Assembly: GCA_038065035.1 (NCBI GenBank)
Contig: JBBTRV010000006.1
Location: forward strand, 1-58,392
From: Patescibacteria group bacterium
GTDB taxonomy: Bacteria > Patescibacteriota > Minisyncoccia > UBA6257 > UBA9933
Length of the DNA stretch: 58,392 nt
Reading direction: 5' to 3'
The notes under the pieces are model-generated. The model was not told where the DNA came from and ran no database searches. It was given only the letters and a program-made list of their open reading frames with translations. The translations under genes and the position numbers were made by a program. Shown in pieces: positions 1 to 8,124 of this stretch (the first letter of the stretch is position 1; each line of letters opens with the position of its first letter).

Positions 1-1137
1 GTATTGCTTGTTAAGGATGCAGTATTGCTTGTTGCGGAGGCCGATGCAGGCGAAGAGGTTGGAGGAAGAATGACAAGAATCAGAATATTCAATACTAGAA
101 ACATTAGTAACTACATTTGTTATAAATTTTAAATTATAGCCGCCAAATCCAACATTATTTCCTTCATATACAATTTCCGAATGTACTAGATTATTAGCAT
201 CGTATACATCTTTTAAGTGATGCCCTCTTAAACAATTTTTTGAATCTTCGGAATCAAAAACATAAAAACTATTCTTTATATTTCTTGAATTGGAAATTGC
301 ATCGCCTGTACAATTATTCGCTTTAATAATATTAGCGTATTTATGCAAAGATTTTTTTGCAATTTCAACAAATTGATTTTTTAATTTTGAAAATAAGGCC
401 TCGCTACCAATATCAAATTTCTTAATTTCTTGTTGATATATTTCTTTAGTATATTGCTTATTTTTTATAATATATTCTTTATTTCTTAAATTGCTGGACA
501 TAAAACAATTCGTACAATTAGCGGAATCAAATAAAAACTGAGAATCAATACAATTGCGCGATTCTATTAATTCTGTTGATTTATAACCTTTATCAACATC
601 TATACATTCATAACAAAGCTCACTATTTGTAAGATGTAAACAGTCAATGCAATTTATTGATTTATCAACTGCTCTTGAATACATAATATCTTCCGAGTCC
701 AATGCGGAAATGGAAAGATATATATTTTTAGAATTCCAACTATTATTTGCATAGTCAGAATTTTGATTATTTGTGCCATAAAAATTAATCCTAGGAATTT
801 TCCTTTGTAATTCAAAAAATTGTTGAAAAAACGGCTTTGAAAAATTATAATCAACCCCGTAATTTATGGCGTCCCAACCATCAGAATACCAGCATTTCTG
901 ACAATAAGAAATAAATCCACTATCTGGTGCGCACATACTCACCACAGATAAACCGCATAAACCGCATTTATTTTTATACAATGCCCTTTCGTTTCTATTG
1001 GCAAATCTCCTTTGAAGACGGCAATCAAAACACCAAGTCGGCGGAGGAACTTTTATTTTGTCATAAAAAGTAAAATCTTCAGGTTCTATTTGAAAATTCT
1101 GATGGCAATTTTGGCAATTGTAAATTTTGGAATGCAT
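1..1137 (-). CDS. Cys-rich zinc-ribbon repeat protein, paralog A (3' end runs off window)
   Basis: Absent from ORF track because there is no stop in the window. ATG at 1137..1135, open in frame to base 1 (379 codons). Translates MHSKIYNCQNCHQNFQIEPEDFTFYDKIKVPPPTWCFDCR... and ends ...NLFACIGLRNKQYCILNKQY. Shares the N-terminal motif and GLRNKQY block with the ORFs at 1693, 54804 and 57262. Confidence 0.8.
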   Translation of the reverse strand, partial: MHSKIYNCQNCHQNFQIEPEDFTFYDKIKVPPPTWCFDCRLQRRFANRNERALYKNKCGLCGLSVVSMCAPDSGFISYCQKCWYSDGWDAINYGVDYNFSKPFFQQFFELQRKIPRINFYGTNNQNSDYANNSWNSKNIYLSISALDSEDIMYSRAVDKSINCIDCLHLTNSELCYECIDVDKGYKSTELIESRNCIDSQFLFDSANCTNCFMSSNLRNKEYIIKNKQYTKEIYQQEIKKFDIGSEALFSKLKNQFVEIAKKSLHKYANIIKANNCTGDAISNSRNIKNSFYVFDSEDSKNCLRGHHLKDVYDANNLVHSEIVYEGNNVGFGGYNLKFITNVVTNVSSIEYSDSCHSSSNLFACIGLRNKQYCILNKQY

Positions 1138-1141
1138 ATTT

Positions 1142-1426
1142 TTACTTGAATAATCTTTTTAATTTAAGATAAAAATTTTCTCTAATTTGTATTAAGTGGA
1201 CTATAATTATTTTATTTTTGTTATCAAAAGTATAAGCCAAACGATAATCTTTGCCGCCAACTTTAAAATGAAAAGAATAGAGAAAATTCAACGAACCAGA
1301 GAGTTTTTCTCCTAGATAGGGATTAGATTTTAATTTTTGGACTGATTCCACTGAAGCAATTCTTACATTCTTCGGCAATTTTTTAGCTTCTTTCTTAGCA
1401 GACGGAGTAATTAAAATCCGATACAT
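1142..1426 (-). CDS. RelE/ParE-family type II toxin
   Basis: 94 aa, basic. Shows the typical RelE/ParE pattern (MYRILITPSAKKEAKKLPKN ... YRLAYTFD...IIIVHLIQIRENFY). Sits 20 nt downstream of a small ORF. Confidence 0.75.
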   Translation of the reverse strand: MYRILITPSAKKEAKKLPKNVRIASVESVQKLKSNPYLGEKLSGSLNFLYSFHFKVGGKDYRLAYTFDNKNKIIIVHLIQIRENFYLKLKRLFK

Positions 1427-1446
1427 TAAATATTAATTGAAAAAAA

Positions 1447-1659
1447 TCAGATAATTTTTTCAATTGGCTCAAATTTTTTACTATCAGCCTCTTTAAAGCT
1501 TTTTGCAAGAAGGTTAATTGTTTTTTTGTCTAAAAAAATTTCTAAGGTTTCTAAGTCGGCGGGAGACAATAATCGGCTTAATGTTTCTAATTTAATAACG
1601 GCGTTTCTCGCCTCTTCAAATGCTTTAATATTTGTTTTTGTTACCATGGCTGTATTCAT
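1447..1659 (-). CDS. putative antitoxin of the RelE-like toxin
   Basis: 70-aa ORF immediately upstream of the toxin on the same strand. Assigned by position only; family not recognised. Confidence 0.5.
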   Translation of the reverse strand: MNTAMVTKTNIKAFEEARNAVIKLETLSRLLSPADLETLEIFLDKKTINLLAKSFKEADSKKFEPIEKII

Positions 1660-1692
1660 ATCATTTTAATTATAATTACAAAAATAAAAAAA

Positions 1693-3498
1693 TCAAATAA
1701 TTTCAGCCTGATAACACTTTTCGCAGTAGACTATCTCTGGACGTTCTGGCGAATAGGTAGTCTCAAATTCATTGGGACAATGGTCTTGGTTATGAAAATG
1801 ATTAATAGTGTTTTGGTAGATGTTTGTATTGTTTGGGTTTTTGCCTTCTATTCCCTGGCATTGGCATTGCCTTTTCCATAGTTTAAGAGGATTGCGCTGT
1901 TTTAGTCGTTGATAGTGGCGGCAGTTGGGGCATAGCCTGGGAAGAGGAAGGTTCATTTTTCTGTAGAAATCCAGTTCTGGTTGGATGATTTTGAAAGCTT
2001 GAGTGCATTGTTCGTTGCATCCGCCTGCTGGCGGATGGCTATTATGCTGGCATTCTATTGTTTCGTTAGTTATTGAATCATTGACGTCTTTGATGTGGTC
2101 AGGGAGATCTTCTGATTTGAGGGTTATTTGAATGTTGCGTTCTTCTGAGTCTTTCCAGACGTAGCCTTTGTTTATGGCTTGTTCTTTGGTTAAGAGAAAA
2201 GATTCCTCCGCCATAGTTTCATTGTAGCAAAAAGATGATAATTCTAATGGGAAAAATTCTCCATACTTATAAATACTGCCTTGTTTATCTGTATAGGGCA
2301 TATTATTCATATGCTGAATTATCATTGGCACTAGTTTTTCATATTCTTCTTTGGTGTATTGCTTGTTGAAGATGCAGTATTGCTTGTTGCGGAGGCCGAA
2401 ACAACCAAATAAATCAGAAGAGTTTTTGCAGTCAAAAGAATATTGGACATTTCTTCCTTCAACGATATTTTTAGAAAATAAAATCTTATATCCAATCACT
2501 ATACACGATTCATAGCAAAGCTGAGATTCTTCTCCGGTATCTATCATATCATAGCTATCCTTAGTAGCGGTTGCGATAATAATATTTTTGCAATTTTCAA
2601 TTGTTGATTTTAAAGAATCTATTTCAAAACAATTATGGCAGTTTTTAGCATTAGTAATATTATTGCCGGTAGTATTGATTGCATTATAAATAACTGCATA
2701 GCGTCTGGGAAAATCCATTTTAAATTGTTGAAATTTTTGAAATATCTCTTGAACCGTTTTAAAACTGCCCAAAAAATATTCTTCTGTTTTTTTCTTGTAT
2801 TCTTCTTTGGAATACGGCTTATTAAAAATATAATATTGCTTATTTCTCAAACCAACGCATCCGAAACAATTGCTGCAATTTTTGCAGTCATAAAGAAAAG
2901 ATGAATCTATGCATTCCACTGCGTATTGAGAAAATTTTACATTATAGCAATGGCTGCAATTTATGCATTCATAGCAAAACTCTGAATCAATAAGAAAAAA
3001 ATAATCAACGGCATCCTTGACGTTTCTGGTATAATGGCCGTACATGCAATTTTCTGCGTTAAAGCCAGTTGTATAATAACAATTTCTAGACCACGCCACT
3101 AAAGGACAATATAAACAATTTACCGACTCAATATTATGCAAATTAGATTTTGGAAAAACATCCGAAATTTCTTTTAATTGCTGAAAAAATGACTTTGAAA
3201 AATCGTATTCTCTGCCATATGTCATTGGATCCCATTTATCAGACCACCAGATTTTATAATCATACACAGGAAAAGAAGTTTCCGGCGGAAAAAGAGCGAT
3301 AATATCATCCCCGCTCCAACTGTCTTTTCTTTTATAAAGCTTTCTTTCATTAATAAATATCATCTTTCTTATAAATCTGCACCCTGGGCACCAAGTCGGT
3401 GCCGGAACTTTTGTTTTAGCGTAAAATTCAAAGTCTTCAGGTTTTATCTTAAAATTTTGTTTACAATTTTGACAAACGATTATTTCAATATTATTCAT
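1693..3498 (-). CDS. Cys-rich zinc-ribbon repeat protein, paralog B (full length, 601 aa)
   Basis: N-terminal CQNCKQNFKIKPEDFEFYAKTKVPAPTWCPGCR. Two Cys-rich blocks, each ending in GLRNKQY(Y/C)IFNK.Y.KEEY. C-terminal FKIIQPELDFYRKMNLPLPRLCPNCR repeats the N-terminal motif. About 60 Cys and no signal peptide. Confidence 0.85.
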   Translation of the reverse strand: MNNIEIIVCQNCKQNFKIKPEDFEFYAKTKVPAPTWCPGCRFIRKMIFINERKLYKRKDSWSGDDIIALFPPETSFPVYDYKIWWSDKWDPMTYGREYDFSKSFFQQLKEISDVFPKSNLHNIESVNCLYCPLVAWSRNCYYTTGFNAENCMYGHYTRNVKDAVDYFFLIDSEFCYECINCSHCYNVKFSQYAVECIDSSFLYDCKNCSNCFGCVGLRNKQYYIFNKPYSKEEYKKKTEEYFLGSFKTVQEIFQKFQQFKMDFPRRYAVIYNAINTTGNNITNAKNCHNCFEIDSLKSTIENCKNIIIATATKDSYDMIDTGEESQLCYESCIVIGYKILFSKNIVEGRNVQYSFDCKNSSDLFGCFGLRNKQYCIFNKQYTKEEYEKLVPMIIQHMNNMPYTDKQGSIYKYGEFFPLELSSFCYNETMAEESFLLTKEQAINKGYVWKDSEERNIQITLKSEDLPDHIKDVNDSITNETIECQHNSHPPAGGCNEQCTQAFKIIQPELDFYRKMNLPLPRLCPNCRHYQRLKQRNPLKLWKRQCQCQGIEGKNPNNTNIYQNTINHFHNQDHCPNEFETTYSPERPEIVYCEKCYQAEII

Positions 3499-3526
3499 AA
3501 TTTCCCTAAATCACCATTTCTTATAT

Positions 3527-3949
3527 TTATTTTATGGTAATCAATATTGCTCCCGCGGCCATCAGAATCGCTCCCAGTCCGGTTTTCCAGCCGAATGTTT
3601 CTCCCAAAAATAAAGCGGCTAAAATAATAACGAAAACAATACTCAGTCTGTCAATCGCCGCCACCCTTGAAGCCAAACCATATTTCAAAGCGAAAAAATA
3701 AAAAAGCCATGACAAAGCGCCGGCAACGCCGGACAAAACAATTAAAAGCCAGTCCCGGGAGCTGAAAGAATTAATTGAAAATCCCTGAAATTTTTTCAGA
3801 AAAAAACTTACCAAAACCAAGAACCCAGACATAATAAGCGCCCGCACCGTTGTCGCCAAGGTGGAATCAACATCTTTCAATCCCAGCTTGGCAAAAATCG
3901 CCACCAGAGCCGCCGTAATTGCCGATAAAAAAGCGTAAATCAACCACAT
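3527..3949 (-). CDS. EamA-like (DMT superfamily) small membrane transporter
   Basis: 140 aa with 4-5 hydrophobic helices and an EamA-type N-terminus (MWLIYAFLSAITAALVAIFAKLGLK). Confidence 0.7.
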   Translation of the reverse strand: MWLIYAFLSAITAALVAIFAKLGLKDVDSTLATTVRALIMSGFLVLVSFFLKKFQGFSINSFSSRDWLLIVLSGVAGALSWLFYFFALKYGLASRVAAIDRLSIVFVIILAALFLGETFGWKTGLGAILMAAGAILITIK

Positions 3950-4027
3950 AAACTTTATAAAATCATTGTTAATTTCTGCCTCTATTATATAATCAATACT
4001 ATCAAATAAAAAATAATTATCAATTTT

Positions 4028-4912
4028 ATGGAAATTTTGCTTTTAATAGACGCCCATGCTTTAATCCATCGATGCTTTCACGCGCTACCGCCTTTCAAAA
4101 ACAAAGAAGGTAAGCCGACCGGCGCGCTTTATGGTTTGTCCAGCATTTTAATAAAAATCCTCCATCCGGATAAAAAAAACGGCGCCGACGGCATCAACGG
4201 CCAAATTCCGGAATATATTGTTGCATTTTTTGACCGGCCGGAACCGACTTTTAGAAAACAAATTTACGACGGTTATAAAGCGCAAAGGCCGAAAGCCCCC
4301 GACGAACTGGTTTCTCAAATAATCGCCAGCCACCAGCTGTTTGAAGCTTTTAATATAAAAACTTTTGAAATTCCTGGGTTTGAAGGCGATGACTTAATCG
4401 GCACAGCTGTAGAAAAATTCAAAAACTATCCTGAATTGAAAATCATAATCTTAACCGGCGACTTAGATGCCCTGCAATTAATAGAAAACGAAAGAATAAT
4501 GGTTGAAACAATAAAAAAAGGCATCAGCGAAACAATAATTTATAACGAAGAAGAAGTAAAAAACCGCTTCGGAATTTTGCCAAGCCAAATTGCCGATTAC
4601 AAAGGATTAGTTGGTGATGTTTCAGACAACATCAAAGGCGTGCCGGGAATCGGACCGAAAACAGCGGCCGTTATTTTACAAAAATATAAAACTATTGAAA
4701 ACTTTTTTCAAAAAGGCCGAGAAGAAAAAAATTACGAGAAAATCATTGAATTTAAAGACCAATCAACAACTTCAAAATATTTGGCAGAGATAAGGAAAGA
4801 CGCTCCATTAGACATAAATATTCAAGATTTAAAATACGAAGGATTGCCGAAAGAAAAATTAATCAAACACTTTGAAACCTTAGGTTTTCAAAGCTTGATA
4901 AAAAGATTATGA
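4028..4912 (+). CDS. 5'-3' exonuclease / flap endonuclease (stand-alone Pol I N-terminal domain)
   Basis: LLIDAHALIHRCFHALP, GFEGDDLIG, and the H3TH motif GVPGIGPKTA. Confidence 0.85.
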   Translation: MEILLLIDAHALIHRCFHALPPFKNKEGKPTGALYGLSSILIKILHPDKKNGADGINGQIPEYIVAFFDRPEPTFRKQIYDGYKAQRPKAPDELVSQIIASHQLFEAFNIKTFEIPGFEGDDLIGTAVEKFKNYPELKIIILTGDLDALQLIENERIMVETIKKGISETIIYNEEEVKNRFGILPSQIADYKGLVGDVSDNIKGVPGIGPKTAAVILQKYKTIENFFQKGREEKNYEKIIEFKDQSTTSKYLAEIRKDAPLDINIQDLKYEGLPKEKLIKHFETLGFQSLIKRL

Positions 4913-5338
4913 TGCCGGCATTATAATAATATGCCTTTCTCCGCCCTCGCCAGCGCTTTCAGTTTTAATATCTGGGCGAGATGATAATTCCACGTGCACC
5001 AGCCGGCGCTCATAAGCATTCATCGGCGGTAACGCCACTTTTGTTTTTTCCGCCATGGCCTTTCTGGCCGCTGCCCGGCCAAGTTCCACAATTAAATCTT
5101 CCCGTTTTTTGCGGTAATTATTGACATCGACAACCACGGCTTCGACATTATTTTTTTTAGCAATTAATTTTATAACATGATCAAGATTGCTGACTATTGA
5201 TTGCAGCATGTTTTCAGAAATTGAATCATCGTTTATAAAAATGGAAAATCGGGAATTGCCTTCGTCGTAATTTACGGAAAAATCAGCGAAACTAAACAAC
5301 TCAATCAATTTTTTAATTTTTTCCTGTAATTGGCTCAT
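4907..5338 (-). CDS. jag: Jag/KhpB KH-R3H RNA-binding protein
   Basis: C-terminal R3H motif MNAYERRLVHVELS...TESAGEGGERHIII. Lies directly downstream of yidC with a 4-nt overlap. Confidence 0.8.
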   Translation of the reverse strand: MSQLQEKIKKLIELFSFADFSVNYDEGNSRFSIFINDDSISENMLQSIVSNLDHVIKLIAKKNNVEAVVVDVNNYRKKREDLIVELGRAAARKAMAEKTKVALPPMNAYERRLVHVELSSRPDIKTESAGEGGERHIIIMPAS

Positions 5339-6084
5339 ATTTTGTGATGCAGCTTTTTATCTATTTCAATTAATTTTTCATCGCTCACTTGCAACCGCTT
5401 ATTAATGACTACTTGTTGAATAACCGAAAAAACCGAAGTTGTCAACCAATAAAGCCCAAGAGCAGAAGGCAGATAAGACAAAAACAAAACCGTCATTATC
5501 GGACCCATATAAACCATCTGCTTGCCCATCATTTCCATCGGCGTTAAATCTTTTTTAGGCGCAGTGTTTTTCGGCAAAGACAATCTGCCCTGAAAATACT
5601 GCGCGACTGCCGCCAAAGCGACAATAAAAAAATTTCTACTACTTAAATCAACTAATCCCAAAAAAATATGATTAACGGCTTCTGGCGCGACAACAAAAGA
5701 ATATAAAAATTTCAAAGATTCTTCACTAATGCCTTTCCAAAAAACCTGATAAAGGCCGATAATCACCGGCAATTGGATTAATAACAAAAGAAACGGAGAA
5801 AGCGGGTTCACTTTATGCTCGCGGTAAAGACTAAGCATCGCCGCCAGTTTTTTCTGCTGGTCATCTTTATGCTGAGCCTCAATTTCCTTCATCTTCGGCG
5901 CCAGGCACTGAATAATCGCCTGATCTTTAGCGCCTTTATAAAAAATCGGCAATAATACTACCCTGATTAAAACCGTTAATATAATTATAGCAACGCCTAA
6001 ATCCGCGCCCGGCAGATACTCATACAAAAGAACCAGGGCGTTAAAAATCGGACGGTAAAAAATTTCATTAAATAAAGCAACCAT
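5335..6084 (-). CDS. yidC: membrane protein insertase YidC (short form)
   Basis: 249 aa and multi-TM, with a YidC/Oxa1 pattern (LPIFYKGAKDQA...MKEIEAQHKDDQQK...LPVIIGLY). Conserved rnpA-yidC-jag synteny. Confidence 0.85.
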   Translation of the reverse strand: MVALFNEIFYRPIFNALVLLYEYLPGADLGVAIIILTVLIRVVLLPIFYKGAKDQAIIQCLAPKMKEIEAQHKDDQQKKLAAMLSLYREHKVNPLSPFLLLLIQLPVIIGLYQVFWKGISEESLKFLYSFVVAPEAVNHIFLGLVDLSSRNFFIVALAAVAQYFQGRLSLPKNTAPKKDLTPMEMMGKQMVYMGPIMTVLFLSYLPSALGLYWLTTSVFSVIQQVVINKRLQVSDEKLIEIDKKLHHKI

Positions 6085-6094
6085 AATAAAATAA

Positions 6095-6424
6095 TTAGTA
6101 ATTAGTAATTAGTAATTTGGCAAGTTCTTTTTCTATTTCTTTTTCTTTTAATTCAGCGGTTTTTGGCGAAACGATTACTAAAACATCTTTACCTTTAATT
6201 TCGTGCAATTTTCCCAATCTGATAAAATTAAAAATTGTTCTTTTGATTTTATTGCGCTGAACAGCTGATTTGCTCACCTTCTTGCTGATTACAACCCCAA
6301 ACCGGCTAAATGATAAATTATTATCAGATATCTTAATAATAAAAAAATCGCTTTTGCGAGTTGTTATTTTTTTTCTTTGCTTCAGCCAATTTTGAATTGG
6401 AAGCCGAAATTTTTTAGCTAACAT
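6095..6424 (-). CDS. rnpA: RNase P protein component
   Basis: Internal Met of the 171-aa track ORF gives MLAKKFRLPI...RFGVVISKKVSKSAVQRNKIKR. The upstream part of the track ORF is the shadow of rpmH in another frame. Confidence 0.8.
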   Translation of the reverse strand: MLAKKFRLPIQNWLKQRKKITTRKSDFFIIKISDNNLSFSRFGVVISKKVSKSAVQRNKIKRTIFNFIRLGKLHEIKGKDVLVIVSPKTAELKEKEIEKELAKLLITNY

Positions 6425-6441
6425 TAACTCAAAATAACTAA

Positions 6442-6576
6442 TTAAACAGTTATTTTCTTTCTTCCTTTTCTCCTTCTTCTTTGCAAAACGTTTCTGCCTC
6501 CCGGCGTCCGGCTGCGCTTTAAAAATCCGTGACTTCTTTTCCTTTTTCTCTTTTTCGGCTGGTATGTTAACGACAC
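6442..6576 (-). CDS. rpmH: 50S ribosomal protein L34
   Basis: Not in ORF track (44 aa, GTG start). Hand translation: (M)[43 protein letters not shown], a classic L34 signature, upstream of rnpA. Confidence 0.8.
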   Translation of the reverse strand: MSLTYQPKKRKRKRSHGFLKRSRTPGGRNVLQRRRRKGRKKITV

Positions 6577-6713
6577 AATAAAAGCATAGCAAATTTATAG
6601 AGAAAAACAAGGATGTTGCGCTTATCCACAGCCTTAGTATTGACTAAAATTATAAAGTATTGTATATTAAGATTAGATATTTAAAATAAATTAAAATGAA
6701 AGGGGTGAACGAA

Positions 6714-7196
6714 ATGAATAAGAAATTACAGATAGTAAGTGGAAAAAAAATAATCATCATATTTATTGTATATGTAATTATTATGATTATTACAGCTCTT
6801 ATTGTTATCAGTTGTGCTCCAGGAGATAGAATAATCTTTCGGCCGGATGTGTATATTAATTATACGCCACATCCTTACTACAGCTATAATCAGCGCTATG
6901 ACTACGGCACCTACTACCTCTATTTTCCAATTGTAGTGCAAAATACTAGCACTACTAACTTTGTAGAGATAGCGTTGAACGGCAAGCAAATTTTGCCACA
7001 ACGCATTCCACCCGGGAAAACAGAAAACGTAAACGTTCGGGTTGAAATCGGAGAAAGACGCGATGTTATTCTAACCGCGAGTTGTTACACTGCTTCTGAA
7101 AAATTAACAGGCACCGCGTATCGCGAACTATATATTTATATAGGGTCGTATGAGCGACCCGCTGACATTTGGCCAGTTTACTGTCCCAACCCCTAA
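6714..7196 (+). CDS. hypothetical membrane-anchored or lipoprotein-like protein, Tyr-rich
   Basis: SD-like aaagggg lies 8 nt before the ATG at 6714. N-terminal TM ends in ...VISCAPGD (lipobox-like). No recognisable family. Confidence 0.55.
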   Translation: MNKKLQIVSGKKIIIIFIVYVIIMIITALIVISCAPGDRIIFRPDVYINYTPHPYYSYNQRYDYGTYYLYFPIVVQNTSTTNFVEIALNGKQILPQRIPPGKTENVNVRVEIGERRDVILTASCYTASEKLTGTAYRELYIYIGSYERPADIWPVYCPNP

Positions 7197-7236
7197 TCAT
7201 TTTTCGCCGGTTGTGCAATCCACACTGGCGAAATCA

Positions 7237-7276
7237 CCCGCGGCAATTGCCACAAACAATTGTCCGCGGGTTTTTT
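7237..7276 (+). terminator. rho-independent terminator after 6714..7196
   Basis: cccgcgg (7237-7243) pairs with ccgcggg (7264-7270), followed by tttttt. It lies inside the track's N-terminal extension of ruvC. Confidence 0.5.
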
Positions 7277-7313
7277 ATTGCTTTTTACTTTTTTATTTTT
7301 TATATTTTATTTA

Positions 7314-7793
7314 ATGATTATTCTCGGCCTTGACCCGGGCAGCGTTGCCATCGGCTACGGCTTGCTCAAAAAAGAAAAAAAGGAATTAAAACTTTTAAAA
7401 AGCGGCTTATTTAAAATTTCAAGCAAAGACAAAAGCGAACGGCTTTTAGAAATTGAAAAATCTTTCTTGCAACTAATAAAAAACAATAAAATTGACATCA
7501 TTGCCATAGAAAAATTATTTTTTATGAAAAACATGAAGACTGCGCTCGAAGTCGCCCAGTCTCGCGGGGTCTTGACATTGGTCGCCGCAAAACACAAAAT
7601 ATCCCTATTGGAATTTTCGCCGTCGGAAGTTAAAAGCGCTGTCACCGGCTACGGCTTGGCGGATAAGAAAGCCGTGGCAAAAATGGTTGCTAAATTTTTG
7701 AAGATTGATACAATAAAAAAATCAGACGATGAAACAGACGCGATAGCGATAGCATTGACAGCGGCAAACAATTCGATAAATATTAAGATTTAA
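7314..7793 (+). CDS. ruvC: crossover junction endodeoxyribonuclease RuvC
   Basis: MIILGLDPGSVAIGYG... and C-terminal DETDAIAIAL. Start moved to the internal Met because the upstream extension overlaps a terminator. Confidence 0.85.
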   Translation: MIILGLDPGSVAIGYGLLKKEKKELKLLKSGLFKISSKDKSERLLEIEKSFLQLIKNNKIDIIAIEKLFFMKNMKTALEVAQSRGVLTLVAAKHKISLLEFSPSEVKSAVTGYGLADKKAVAKMVAKFLKIDTIKKSDDETDAIAIALTAANNSINIKI

Positions 7794-7839
7794 AAATAGT
7801 TGGATTTAATAAAAGGTCGCTTATTATTTTCTTTTAAAA

Positions 7840-8037
7840 ATGATTATTGCTGATTTAAAAAAATCGTCATTATTAAATTACAGCGATGAAGGCGGTGAAG
7901 CAGATATTGACACATCCTGCGAAGATTGCGGAGCCGAACTTGACAATCAACAGCTATGCCCGAATTGCGATTCAGAAATTGACGCTGCAGAAGAATTAGG
8001 AACAGAAGACGATCCTGATAAAAAAGACGAAGAATAA
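7840..8037 (+). CDS. small acidic zinc-ribbon protein (hypothetical)
   Basis: 65 aa with CEDCG...CPNC and a very acidic tail. Followed by a terminator. Confidence 0.5.
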   Translation: MIIADLKKSSLLNYSDEGGEADIDTSCEDCGAELDNQQLCPNCDSEIDAAEELGTEDDPDKKDEE

Positions 8038-8053
8038 GTTGTTATAAAAATAA

Positions 8054-8086
8054 ACATCCCCAGCTCCGAAAAGGGGTGTTTTTTTT
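8054..8086 (+). terminator. rho-independent terminator
   Basis: acatccc / ggggtgt stem followed by a T7 run. Confidence 0.55.
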
Positions 8087-8124
8087 CAACTATTGAATTA
8101 TAATAAAAACATTAAGAATCTAAA

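Noticed and set aside
1-3498. Diversity-generating retroelement acting on the Cys-rich paralogs
   Set aside because: There is no reverse transcriptase in the window. Differences between paralogs are not adenine-specific and extend over whole domains.
6095-6610. 171-aa ORF as a single long RnpA with a Lys-rich N-terminal extension
   Set aside because: The extension is the out-of-frame shadow of rpmH. It resolves into rnpA (6095..6424) plus rpmH (6442..6576).
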